A DNA stretch of 64,000 nt from Minisyncoccota bacterium (GTDB lineage Bacteria; Patescibacteriota; Minisyncoccia; Phycocordibacterales; Phycocordibacteraceae), in the NCBI GenBank assembly GCA_022842945.1, contig JALHOO010000001.1, forward strand, positions 288,040 through 352,039, in the 5' to 3' direction. Shown here piece after piece: positions 11,157-19,552 of the stretch. The first letter of the stretch is position 1, and every line of letters starts with the position of its first letter. The position numbers were made by a program, and so were the translations under genes. The notes beneath the pieces were generated by a model. That model did not search any database, was not told the origin of the DNA, and saw nothing but the letters and a program-made list of their open reading frames with translations.

Positions 11157-11603
11157 TTATTTTCCTTCGCGAAGCACCTTCTCTGCAGCAAGTACTGCAA
11201 GGCGTGCGATTTCTTTCTCAGAATCGCGAAGTGCCTTTGCAGCGGTTTCCGTTGCGCGTGCCTCAGCGTCCGCGGCCACTTGTGCAGCGCGTGCCTCAGC
11301 TTCTTTCATGATGCGTGCCTTCTCAGAGCCTGCGAGGTCCCGGGCTCCAGCAACAATGCCTTCAGCCTCGGTCTCTGCTCCCTTTACCACTTTCGCGGCG
11401 TCTTCGTCTGCAGTCTCTGCCTTCTTCGAAGCGAGTTCTGCATCCTCAACACCCTGCGCGATCTTTGCTGCACGCTCGTCGAGCGTCTTCATAACCGGCT
11501 TATAGAGAAGCCAGGTGAGCGCTACGAAAAGCACGCCGAAGTTGACGAGCTGCGCTAGAAGCAGCTTGCCATCTATGCCGAATGCGGTGAGAAGGGATTC
11601 CAT
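11157..11603 (-). CDS. atpF: ATP synthase b subunit
   Basis: N-terminal TM followed by a long Ala/Glu-rich helix; operon position. Confidence 0.85.
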   Translation of the reverse strand: MESLLTAFGIDGKLLLAQLVNFGVLFVALTWLLYKPVMKTLDERAAKIAQGVEDAELASKKAETADEDAAKVVKGAETEAEGIVAGARDLAGSEKARIMKEAEARAAQVAADAEARATETAAKALRDSEKEIARLAVLAAEKVLREGK

Positions 11604-11623
11604 AAGAGCGCGCGCTTACTACC

Positions 11624-11914
<291 letters not shown>

Positions 11915-12775
11915 CTAATGCGCCTCATCCCCATGTGGTTCCATGATCGATAGCTTGATGAAGAACAGCGTCAACATCGAGAACACCACTGCCTGGATGA
12001 ACCCCACGAACACCTCAAAGGCTATGAGGGGCACCGGCAGCAGGTACGCGACGAAGAACAGTGCCACCACAATCATCACCTCTCCGGCGAACACGTTCCC
12101 GAAGAGACGGAAGGAGAAGGAGATGAGGCGGCCGATGTTCGAGAGTAGCTCGATGATACCTACCGCGAAGTTAACCGGTGAACTGAAATTAACATATTTT
12201 CCGGCATACTTGAAAAAACCAAGTATAACGACCCCGGTTATCTCAATAACGAGGAACGCGATAATCGCGAGTGCGAGTGTCATGTTGAGGTCTGCCGCAG
12301 GCGCACGAAGAAGCGGCACCATCGAGCCCGCATGGTCTACAAGAATAGAACCCACACCCGGAAGGAATGCGAGCTGGTTCGCCACAAGCACGAACAAGAA
12401 TATCGTCATGATGAGCGGGAAGAACTTGCGTGCGAGTGCCTTGCTCTCAAGCGTCTCCGCCATGTAGTCGAGCACGCCCTGGAACAGCATCTCAACACCT
12501 GCCTGAAGCTTGCCGGGGATCATGGCGAGCTTGCTGCGCACGAAGTACGCAAACGCAATCAAGAGGACGGTACTGATAACCGTCATGATGAGTGAGTTAG
12601 TTATAGGAAACCCAGCGAGGTTGAATACCTCCTCAGCCTTAAGCACCACATGGATACCCGATCCATGCTCTGCTGCACCTTCTGCGTGCCCAGCGGCTTC
12701 CGTCGCCGCAAAAGCGACGGGTGTACCGAAGAGATTATTGAAAAAAGACCCGAGTTGGGCCAGTACCCCTGACAT
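11915..12775 (-). CDS. atpB: ATP synthase a subunit
   Basis: 'FSFRLFGNVFAGEVM' contains the conserved Arg. Start taken at MSGVLAQLG (ATG 12775). The longer ORF up to 12868 is less likely. Confidence 0.85.
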   Translation of the reverse strand: MSGVLAQLGSFFNNLFGTPVAFAATEAAGHAEGAAEHGSGIHVVLKAEEVFNLAGFPITNSLIMTVISTVLLIAFAYFVRSKLAMIPGKLQAGVEMLFQGVLDYMAETLESKALARKFFPLIMTIFLFVLVANQLAFLPGVGSILVDHAGSMVPLLRAPAADLNMTLALAIIAFLVIEITGVVILGFFKYAGKYVNFSSPVNFAVGIIELLSNIGRLISFSFRLFGNVFAGEVMIVVALFFVAYLLPVPLIAFEVFVGFIQAVVFSMLTLFFIKLSIMEPHGDEAH

Positions 12776-12812
12776 GCACTTAGTGTAGCAGAGGCCTGGT
12801 ATATAGACAAAA

Positions 12813-13184
12813 TTAGTCTGGTGAACTCCAGGTAAGAGCGTAGGTTCCGAGGCCTCGCATATTATCAATAGTTACAGCACCGTCAGTCTGTTTATGAAGT
12901 TTTTTTCTAAGATGAGCGAGAAATACACTTACCTGATTTCCAAGTGGAATATCCGCATCTTCATCGTCGTGGATAAACTCTAAAATATCTTGCTCTGATA
13001 TCGGGTTTCCTTGCGCCCTAATTAAAAGCCACAGTGTCTGGTATTCGCTTGGTGTAAGAATCTGGCGTTCACTAGAACCCTTTGATTGGAGCGACTTTGA
13101 TGTCATATCAAGCCATACTGGCCCGAATTCTGGACGACGTCGCTCGCCATAGTTTAGCTTTTCACCCAAGGGTACCCCTTCCAT
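12813..13184 (-). CDS. Stand-alone OmpR/PhoB-type winged-helix DNA-binding protein (trans_reg_C-like), no receiver domain
   Basis: 'LTPSEYQTLWLLIRAQGNPISEQDILEFI...LGNQVSVFLAHLRKKL' parallels the OmpR C-terminal domain (LTxxEFxLLxxL...VDVHIRRLRKKL). Confidence 0.55.
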   Translation of the reverse strand: MEGVPLGEKLNYGERRRPEFGPVWLDMTSKSLQSKGSSERQILTPSEYQTLWLLIRAQGNPISEQDILEFIHDDEDADIPLGNQVSVFLAHLRKKLHKQTDGAVTIDNMRGLGTYALTWSSPD

Positions 13185-13252
13185 ATGTACGTACTGTAAC
13201 AGTGTGAAGTATATAAACAAAAGGGGGACGGAATCCGTCCCCCTCGAATGTT

Positions 13253-13543
13253 CTACAGGATAACGAGCCTATTGGCTGCATACGGTCGAGGGGTCGGTAC
13301 ACCCACCACTCGCACATCGACTGAGCCTGTTCGCTTGTTAACGCCGCAAACCTTCCCTTTGCCGTCTGGAGTCTGGACCTCCATTCTTTCCTTGAAAGAC
13401 TGCGCCGCGCGAATCCGTGCGGCACGGTCCAGAGCATCTGCTTGCCGTATCTCTGCGCTTTTTGCAGAGTGGTTTGCGGTCAAATTCGTTCCTGCATCCA
13501 GACAGTGCTGACGTGCCAGTTTGAAACTTTTATGCTTAGCCAA
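13253..13543 (-). CDS. Hypothetical basic protein (96 aa), TTG start with strong RBS
   Basis: 'ggaaagagggagc' lies 8 nt upstream of a TTG start codon. No family recognised. Confidence 0.45.
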   Translation of the reverse strand: MAKHKSFKLARQHCLDAGTNLTANHSAKSAEIRQADALDRAARIRAAQSFKERMEVQTPDGKGKVCGVNKRTGSVDVRVVGVPTPRPYAANRLVIL

Positions 13544-13613
13544 TTGATTTGCTCCCTCTTTCCTTTAATAGAATACAAGTTTGTGTGGCAAAGTCAAAAG
13601 ACAACGCTCTGTG

Positions 13614-13686
13614 TGGACCCAAGGAGACTCGAACTCCTCACCTCTTCCATGCCATGGAAGCGCTCTACCAGATGAGCTATGGGCCC
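13614..13686 (-). tRNA. tRNA-Ala (anticodon GGC)
   Basis: Cloverleaf GGGCCCA/TA/GCTC-ATCTGGTA-GAGC/G/CTTCC-ATGGCAT-GGAAG/AGGTG/AGGAG-TTCGAGT-CTCCT/TGGGTCC/A. G3:U70 and A73 are Ala identity elements. No encoded CCA. Confidence 0.9.
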
Positions 13687-13697
13687 GTCCGCACACT

Positions 13698-14231
13698 CTA
13701 CTTCGAGTTCTTCAACGCCTCAAGGTCCTCTAGCACGCGCTGAACATCTTTTGTTAGCTGTTCAAGTGTCTGTGCCTTCGTTGGCTTCCTCTTCGGCTTC
13801 TCTGTCTTCTTTGCGGGAACATCGTCGTCCTCTTCGTTGAGCTCTTCAACGTCTTCCTGAATCTCGTCGATGTCTTCGCTAATCTCCTCAATGTCTTCAG
13901 AGATCTCTTCAAGATCCTCCTGGATATCCTCCATATCCTCGCCGAGCTCTTCGAGGTCTTCGGAGATCTCATCAATCTCCTCCTCCACATCCTTAAGGGA
14001 CTGGGTGTGGCGGTTAACCGTTATCTGAATGAAGAGGGCTAGATAGATAGCCTCTAGGGAGACCACGGTTGTAAGGATAAGGAGCATGAGCTCCCACTCG
14101 ATAATGCCGAGGAAGGCAATAGCGAAGAAGAGCGTAAACACCGCAGTGTGCGCAATAAGGGAGGCGGTTGAACCGATAGTGGCGACGATTCGCTCAACGC
14201 CGGTTGGCTCTACTGGAGTAGTGTCACGCAT
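13698..14231 (-). CDS. Hypothetical membrane protein with two N-terminal TM helices and an acidic low-complexity repeat region (EEIDEISEDLEEL...)
   Basis: ORF translation. Imperfect internal repeats 'ISEDIEE/IQEDLEE'. Lys-rich C-terminal tail. Confidence 0.55.
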   Translation of the reverse strand: MRDTTPVEPTGVERIVATIGSTASLIAHTAVFTLFFAIAFLGIIEWELMLLILTTVVSLEAIYLALFIQITVNRHTQSLKDVEEEIDEISEDLEELGEDMEDIQEDLEEISEDIEEISEDIDEIQEDVEELNEEDDDVPAKKTEKPKRKPTKAQTLEQLTKDVQRVLEDLEALKNSK

Positions 14232-14327
14232 TCCTTTGACCGTAGCACTCGACTCCTATCTCTGTCGAGCAGGAGTTGTTCCTAACTACTAGTTTGCATA
14301 GAGGGAATTAGCGCTACAATACAGAAA

Positions 14328-15386
14328 ATGGCACCGACACCAAGAAGGCCGCTTATGCCGCATCCGTTTGTACGCGCTCGTAAGCGCGTGAACAAGCCTA
14401 TGGACCTGCGTGCTGCAGGCTCTGGCATTGTTGCACTCCTCCTTATAGCCCTTGGTCTCCTTTCCCTTCCAGGCATGCTTGAGAGCGAGATTCGTATTGC
14501 GGCAACGGAGCCCGCGAAGCCTCCGTTCCCCGTAACGGTTGATCCTATTAATGAGACCATCTCTGAGGACCCGGCTGTGGACGCGCTCTTTGGCGAAACC
14601 AGCCAGGCACTTGAGGCAGGAGCCTCTTTGGCAACAAGCGGTATTACGTGGCTCGCGAACATGGTTACGCGTATTCCTGGATACTCACAGATTGCCGGAA
14701 GCGATATCGTGTTCATTGATATCAAGTCTGGATACCGTGAAGAGGAAGTGGCTCGTGCCTTTGGTTTGGCACTCGGATGGACCTCTGCAGAACAGACTGC
14801 ATTCCTAAAGCAGGTACACACAACTAGTCCTGAGCTCTCAGAGGGACAGTTTGTACCAGGCACCTATATGGTTAGCTCTGCTGCAAGTGCTTCGTACGTA
14901 CAGGAACTTCTTGCAGACCGGTATGAACGCGACATCGCGTCTCGCTATAGCCCTGAAGCCGAGCGTGTCCTTCCTCTTGCTGACGCTCTTACCATTGCTT
15001 CCCTCCTGCAGCGCGAGACACGCGACCCTTCCGAGATGCGCCTTATCTCTGGAATCATTTGGAACCGTCTGTGGATGGGTATGAACCTGCAGATTGATGC
15101 AACACTTCAGTATGCAAAGGCTTCTAACGGCGGCACGAAGAGCTGGTGGCCAGTACCGCGTCCCGCAGACAAGTACATAAAGTCTCCATACAACACATAC
15201 CAGAACGAGGGACTTCCTCCCGCCCCTATCTCAAACCCTTCAACGGAAGCTATCCTTGCAGCCCTTAACCCAAAGAAGACCGACTGTATCTTCTATTTCC
15301 ATGACAGCCGCGGCAAGATGTTCTGCTCCCCAGACTATGAAGGACATGTGCGCATGCTCAAGAAGAGCTACGGGCAAGGGAAATAG
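14328..15386 (+). CDS. mltG: Endolytic murein transglycosylase MltG (YceG-like)
   Basis: 'LASLLQRETR...GIIWNRLWMGMNLQIDATLQY...PYNTYQNEGLPPAPISNPSTEAILAALNPKKTDCIFYFHD' are YceG/MltG family signatures. N-terminal TM anchor. Confidence 0.85.
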   Translation: MAPTPRRPLMPHPFVRARKRVNKPMDLRAAGSGIVALLLIALGLLSLPGMLESEIRIAATEPAKPPFPVTVDPINETISEDPAVDALFGETSQALEAGASLATSGITWLANMVTRIPGYSQIAGSDIVFIDIKSGYREEEVARAFGLALGWTSAEQTAFLKQVHTTSPELSEGQFVPGTYMVSSAASASYVQELLADRYERDIASRYSPEAERVLPLADALTIASLLQRETRDPSEMRLISGIIWNRLWMGMNLQIDATLQYAKASNGGTKSWWPVPRPADKYIKSPYNTYQNEGLPPAPISNPSTEAILAALNPKKTDCIFYFHDSRGKMFCSPDYEGHVRMLKKSYGQGK

Positions 15387-15420
15387 AAAAAGGCGCTCTC
15401 TTTCGAGAGCGCCTTTTTCT

Positions 15421-15891
15421 TTAGTTCAATACCAGAAACCCAATCGTTAGGGTTGTTGCGTACGTAACCCAGAGGAGATACGGGATCATGAGGTACGTAG
15501 CGAGCTTTGAATGGTTCCAGTACAACTTCATGAGTGCCACGATAAGCCCAAGGAGCACGAGGATAACAATCGTAGCGAGAAGCACCTCATGCATACCAAA
15601 GAAGGCAATGCTCCAGAAGGTATTAACGAGAAGATGTGCGAGGAACAACCAGAGTGCGAGATACTTCCCAACCTTCTTTGAGCGAGAGACAAGGTATGCC
15701 GCAACTCCCATAAGCACATAGAGCGTAGTCCACACGGGAGCGAACACCCAGTTTGGGGGTGTCCATGACGGACGCACCTGTGTTGCATACCATCCGTTTA
15801 TAGAGTCCATAGTTGCAAAGGATCCGAGGAACCCTGCCGCAAGGGATATGGAGACGAAGAACGCGAGAGAAAGAAAGGAGCCGAGACGCAT
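15421..15891 (-). CDS. TspO/MBR (tryptophan-rich sensory protein) family
   Basis: 'WYATQVRPSWTPPNWVFAPVWTTLYVLMGVAAYLV' plus five TM helices. Start taken at MRLGSFLSL. Confidence 0.85.
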   Translation of the reverse strand: MRLGSFLSLAFFVSISLAAGFLGSFATMDSINGWYATQVRPSWTPPNWVFAPVWTTLYVLMGVAAYLVSRSKKVGKYLALWLFLAHLLVNTFWSIAFFGMHEVLLATIVILVLLGLIVALMKLYWNHSKLATYLMIPYLLWVTYATTLTIGFLVLN

Positions 15892-15892
15892 A

Positions 15893-16297
15893 TTAGTAGT
15901 TGAGGAACTTGGTAGCGATGAGGTATACCGCACCTGACGTGAAGGCCGTGAAGAACGTTCCCCATGCAAGGTCTACGAACGTAAGGGGGAGTGGCCAGCC
16001 GGTGAGAGTCGCAAGGTTTGAGAGATCGTATGCGGCATAGGCTGCAAGACCGAGGAATGCACCGGTTAGGAGTACACGAACAAAGGAGTGCACGCCAAGT
16101 GCCGGCGCAACAACGAAGAATGCTATAGCAAGCGCGTAGATAACATAGAACGCTATAGCTGCAGGCCACACCACGTCAGGACGGAGCATAGAGCCCAGCT
16201 GAGAGCGGTAGAAGCCAGCGCCAACCACACCGATCCAGATGAGGTCGACGATAATCATTATTGGGAATGCGATGGTGGCTAGGATGAGTGTTTGCAT
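15893..16297 (-). CDS. DUF2177-like membrane protein
   Basis: Four TM helices; adjacent to and co-oriented with the TspO gene. Confidence 0.55.
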   Translation of the reverse strand: MQTLILATIAFPIMIIVDLIWIGVVGAGFYRSQLGSMLRPDVVWPAAIAFYVIYALAIAFFVVAPALGVHSFVRVLLTGAFLGLAAYAAYDLSNLATLTGWPLPLTFVDLAWGTFFTAFTSGAVYLIATKFLNY

Positions 16298-16353
16298 AGT
16301 GTCGGGGTTATGTAGATAAGAGTAGCATCCCTTTCCTCAAGAAAACTCCCTAA

Positions 16354-17034
16354 TTATAAAGGATCATGCTTGCCATCATTATAGAGCTTTCGGCCATACA
16401 TTACTTCAACTTCTGCAAGCCGTACTGCTTCTCCTCTGTATAAGTTATCCAACAAGAGCTGGAAATCTCTTTGTATTTCCTTTTTCCAGCCTGGCTCTTC
16501 AGGTTTCCACCAATATGATACTCCTCCATCATCAAAATCCCTTCCTATCGAGTTCAGAAGGATGGCGACATCGTTAATTAACTCATACATACTATTGCTC
16601 GATGGAATAGTAGGTAGCACGTAATTCTTCTCCCGATGTGCAAAATATGTATCTCGTGCATCTTTCAAAAGTTGCAACGATCTTGAATGCTTTATCTTGA
16701 GTTGCTCAAACTCGCTGTCTCTATTTATTTTATACTTCTTTGCCTCATCCAGTAGATATGAGAGAGTGCGTTTTTGTTTATTCTTTCCGTCTTCAAACAT
16801 CTGTGTTACGGACAGTACTGTAGCGTAACAAATGCCATGTTCTAGTGAGCGAAAGAAATAATTATATTTACCCATTACTTCTACATTGTGCTTTGCATCT
16901 TGCTCTCCCAGATACACTCTACTTTTTGAAAGAGCGCAACAAAATAAAAGTTCACAATATGTGCTGGTTTCATACAAATGACTAAAGAAGTTATTCCAGA
17001 GTTCTTTAAACATTTCTTTATTACCCGTACTCAT
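16354..17034 (-). CDS. Hypothetical protein in AT-rich island with HEPN-like Rx5H motif (RDTYFAH); putative Abi-like defence protein
   Basis: The AT-rich codon usage is unlike neighbouring genes. 226 aa, all-helical look. Motif 'ARDTYFAHREKNY'. Confidence 0.35.
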   Translation of the reverse strand: MSTGNKEMFKELWNNFFSHLYETSTYCELLFCCALSKSRVYLGEQDAKHNVEVMGKYNYFFRSLEHGICYATVLSVTQMFEDGKNKQKRTLSYLLDEAKKYKINRDSEFEQLKIKHSRSLQLLKDARDTYFAHREKNYVLPTIPSSNSMYELINDVAILLNSIGRDFDDGGVSYWWKPEEPGWKKEIQRDFQLLLDNLYRGEAVRLAEVEVMYGRKLYNDGKHDPL

Positions 17035-17309
17035 TTGTTTAAGTTTACATTATCAAAGCACTTCAAATCACAATTCGGAATTCTTTGTGGGCGGGGGTTA
17101 ATTAGACAAAAGACGCCTTTTGAGCGTCTTTTGTCTTCTAGTGTGGACATAGCATACAAAAGTTTGAACTCACTTAAAAGCTACCTAACTCGGTTCTGGG
17201 ACTACTATCAATCAAGCCCCGCCTTACAAAACGCACTTGGAAACGCCTAGTTCTCTAGACTTAGAGTACCCACAATAGAGAATTAGAATTAGTAAGGTAA
17301 ATGGAAAAG

Positions 17310-17337
17310 GTCTGGGAGACTGGGACGATGTTGGAAC
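17310..17337 (+). repeat. Conserved intergenic element, copy A (partial internal duplication: gtctgggaga-ctgggacgatgttggaac)
   Basis: Shares 'ctgggacgatgttggaac' with copies B-D. Confidence 0.8.
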
Positions 17338-17382
17338 TTTTATAAAGATTCAGGCCAGACGCTTCCGCGCCTGGCCCAAGGA

Positions 17383-17727
17383 TCATTGTAGGCGAAGATC
17401 CATCGCCTCGAACTCGCTCCGAATAAACGCCATCTCGCAGACGGCCTCGGTGTGAAGGGCCGGATTCCTGCGATCGATGTCGAGTGCCGGAATAAGCTCG
17501 TCACGAAGGCGCATGATATGACTCGCGAGTCGGCGCACATGGTCTCCATGGTTGGTCAGCACCAGCTCATCCCCGAGAACTTTACGGGTATATTCTCGCG
17601 ACTTCTCACGCGCGGTATCTTCCGCATGTTCAGCGAACTCCCTCAGGTTCTCGAAGGAAAGCAGTCCTACCATGGCGCGAGCGAAAACCTGGGTGTTGGT
17701 TAGAACGTACTGTGCACGATTCAGCAT
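17383..17727 (-). CDS. Hypothetical protein with C-terminal RNxxxH (HEPN-like) motif
   Basis: 'DIDRRNPALHTEAV' near the C-terminus of a 114-aa helical protein. Followed by hairpin 'ggccagacgc-ttcc-gcgcctggcc' and a T-run on the minus strand. Confidence 0.35.
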   Translation of the reverse strand: MLNRAQYVLTNTQVFARAMVGLLSFENLREFAEHAEDTAREKSREYTRKVLGDELVLTNHGDHVRRLASHIMRLRDELIPALDIDRRNPALHTEAVCEMAFIRSEFEAMDLRLQ

Positions 17728-17796
17728 ATCAGTCTCCGTTTCCGAGATGTATCTGCTGGGAATGTATACCTCATCGCCCTAATTGTCGAGCTAAAG

Positions 17797-17818
17797 ATTG
17801 CTGGCCGTCTGGCACGAT
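17797..17818 (+). repeat. Conserved intergenic element, diverged copy E (attgctggccgtctggcacgat)
   Basis: About 20 of 24 positions match the left half of copy D (tgctggc.gtctgg.acgat). Confidence 0.5.
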
Positions 17819-17831
17819 ATTATTCAAACGG

Positions 17832-18386
17832 CTATCTCATTATTTTAGTTAATGCTTTAAGCGCATGGGGCAATGTATTCCATCCCGCCGCCCCATTTAA
17901 ATGGCCGCCGTTCTTAACGATGACCAGCTCAGCATCCAACTCTTTAGCAAGAAAGACCCCCTGCTCTATCGGTACACTTCGGTCAGTATCGCCGTGTATA
18001 ACAACAACCTTTCCTGCCTTCTGTTTTATAGTCTTGAAATTAAAGGGTGTATTCAGGAAGCTAGCGACCTTTTTCTTCGTGATTTTGAAGACCGGACCCG
18101 AAACAAGAACGACACCGCGCACTTGCTTTCCTGGAGCTTTTTCGAGATAGCGCAGAATTGCTGGTACTCCCAGACTATGGCCGACCAGATATACCTGGTC
18201 CTTGGTATTTGATTCAACATGTCTCGAAATCTCTTTAACCCAGTCTTTTGATTCAGGCTTGTTAGGCGAGGGCATAGCAAGAGCACAGGTATATATGCCC
18301 TGCTTATCAAGTTCAGCCATAAGCCATGGCCGCCATCCTCCATTAGGACTGCCTTCGAAACCATGGATTAAAAATACCTTTTTCAT
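17832..18386 (-). CDS. RBBP9/YdeN-family alpha/beta serine hydrolase
   Basis: 'MKKVFLIHGFEGSPNGGW...VYLVGHSLGV...VVVIHGDTD' gives the GHSLG nucleophile elbow and catalytic Asp/His spacing. Confidence 0.7.
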   Translation of the reverse strand: MKKVFLIHGFEGSPNGGWRPWLMAELDKQGIYTCALAMPSPNKPESKDWVKEISRHVESNTKDQVYLVGHSLGVPAILRYLEKAPGKQVRGVVLVSGPVFKITKKKVASFLNTPFNFKTIKQKAGKVVVIHGDTDRSVPIEQGVFLAKELDAELVIVKNGGHLNGAAGWNTLPHALKALTKIMR

Positions 18387-18392
18387 ATTTTG

Positions 18393-19121
18393 TTATGCTG
18401 CGTACGACACACGAATCGCGTCTTTCTCCTTCTTAATCTTTCGGATTGTAATAGTGCCAATAGTTCCTAGATTGTTCACGTGAGTTCCTCCGCAGGGAAT
18501 GCCTGCTGCTCCGTACATAACCACTCGCGCGGGCTTTCCTTCTGGGAGATACTCGGGCACGTTTTGGCAGACCGTATGCATCTCTTCTTTCGGCATGAAC
18601 TGTATGGAAACCGCATCTGCACGCATGACGATTTCGTTCGACTTCTCCTCAAGAGCTTTCTTGAATGTATCAATGTCTCCTGCCTCCTCTATGTCTCCCT
18701 AGTATTCAACGTAGGGTCCTTGCGGGAAGTGATAGCCCTTCCCGGGCTTCCAATGAATGTTCGGAAACTCTAGGAGCGCGAGATCAACGACGTGCCCTGC
18801 AGAGTGCAAGCGTGCATGAAGTAGCCGTCTCTCGGCATCTACTTCGCACTGAACTGTTTCGCCTGCAGAGAAGTTGCCCTGCTCAAACATTCCCACGTGC
18901 TTCACGATTCCATCAACGAACCTCACTTCTTCTACTTTGAATACAGCAGACGCAGAACGTATAAAGCCCTGATCAAAAGGCTGTCCTCCGCCTTGAGGGT
19001 AGAAGATAGTCTGATCCAATACGACCACCGTCTTTCCTTCCTCTTCTTCAACTGCCAGAACCTCAGCCTCAAGAGCTAAGAGGCTCATATCTTCGAGGTA
19101 TGTAAGGGATGTTGGCTTCAT
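18393..19121 (-). pseudogene. alaX: AlaX-M-type alanyl-tRNA editing protein interrupted by one in-frame TAG (at 18701..18699)
   Basis: ORFs 18699..19178 and 18393..18626 are in the same frame, separated only by TAG. Together they carry 'QTIFYPQGGGQPFDQG', HxxxH ('HSAGHVV') and CxxxH ('CGGTHV') Zn motifs of the AlaRS editing core. TAG is a real stop elsewhere (mltG, topA). Confidence 0.7.
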
Positions 19122-19140
19122 TGGGTTAATCGTATCAGAT

Positions 19141-19176
19141 TTTATTGCTGGGGGTGTGGGACGATGTTGGAACCGC
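19141..19176 (+). repeat. Conserved intergenic element, copy B (tttattgctgggggtgtgggacgatgttggaaccgc)
   Basis: About 32 of 38 positions identical to copy D. About 20 nt upstream of the alaX start on the minus strand. Confidence 0.85.
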
Positions 19177-19461
19177 ACTAGTCAGCCTTAACAACATAAA
19201 AGGCTAAAACTCCTTCCTGTTGTTCCTCTCAAGCGTAGACTTAGAAGTTCCTTGTCGAACCGCCCTGAAGAAGGCTACTACCTTGGTCAGAAGTCCTTAT
19301 TCTGTCTGGAAAGACATGCCTGTACGTGAGCAGCATGAGCTCTTTTTCTTTATCTTTGACGCTAAACTGACGTATAGCAAAAAAGATGGCTATCGAACCG
19401 CAGAAACGCCAACAGCCGCAAGGCTTTTTGAAGGCTTTGCGGCTGTTGACTCTTCTACGGT

Positions 19462-19533
19462 GGACCGTACAGGATTCGAACCTGCGACCCTCTCATTGCA
19501 AATGAGATGCTCTACCAACTGAGCTAACGGCCC
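19462..19533 (-). tRNA. tRNA-Ala (anticodon TGC)
   Basis: GGGCCGT/TA/GCTC-AGTTGGTA-GAGC/A/TCTCA-TTTGCAA-TGAGA/GGGTC/GCAGG-TTCGAAT-CCTGT/ACGGTCC/A. G3:U70 and A73. Confidence 0.9.
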
Positions 19534-19552
19534 TTTCGGGAACTCATGAACT

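Noticed and set aside
18699-18701. Possibility that TAG is a sense codon (amber recoding) explaining the alaX interruption.
   Set aside because: TAG is used as the terminator of at least mltG (15384-15386) and topA (60041-60043) in this window, and no other conserved gene shows internal TAG.
19462-19533. First read of this tRNA gave anticodon GCA (tRNA-Cys).
   Set aside because: Re-parsing the cloverleaf (5-bp anticodon stem TCTCA/TGAGA) puts TGC at positions 34-36. G3:U70 plus A73 fit Ala, not Cys, which would need U73.
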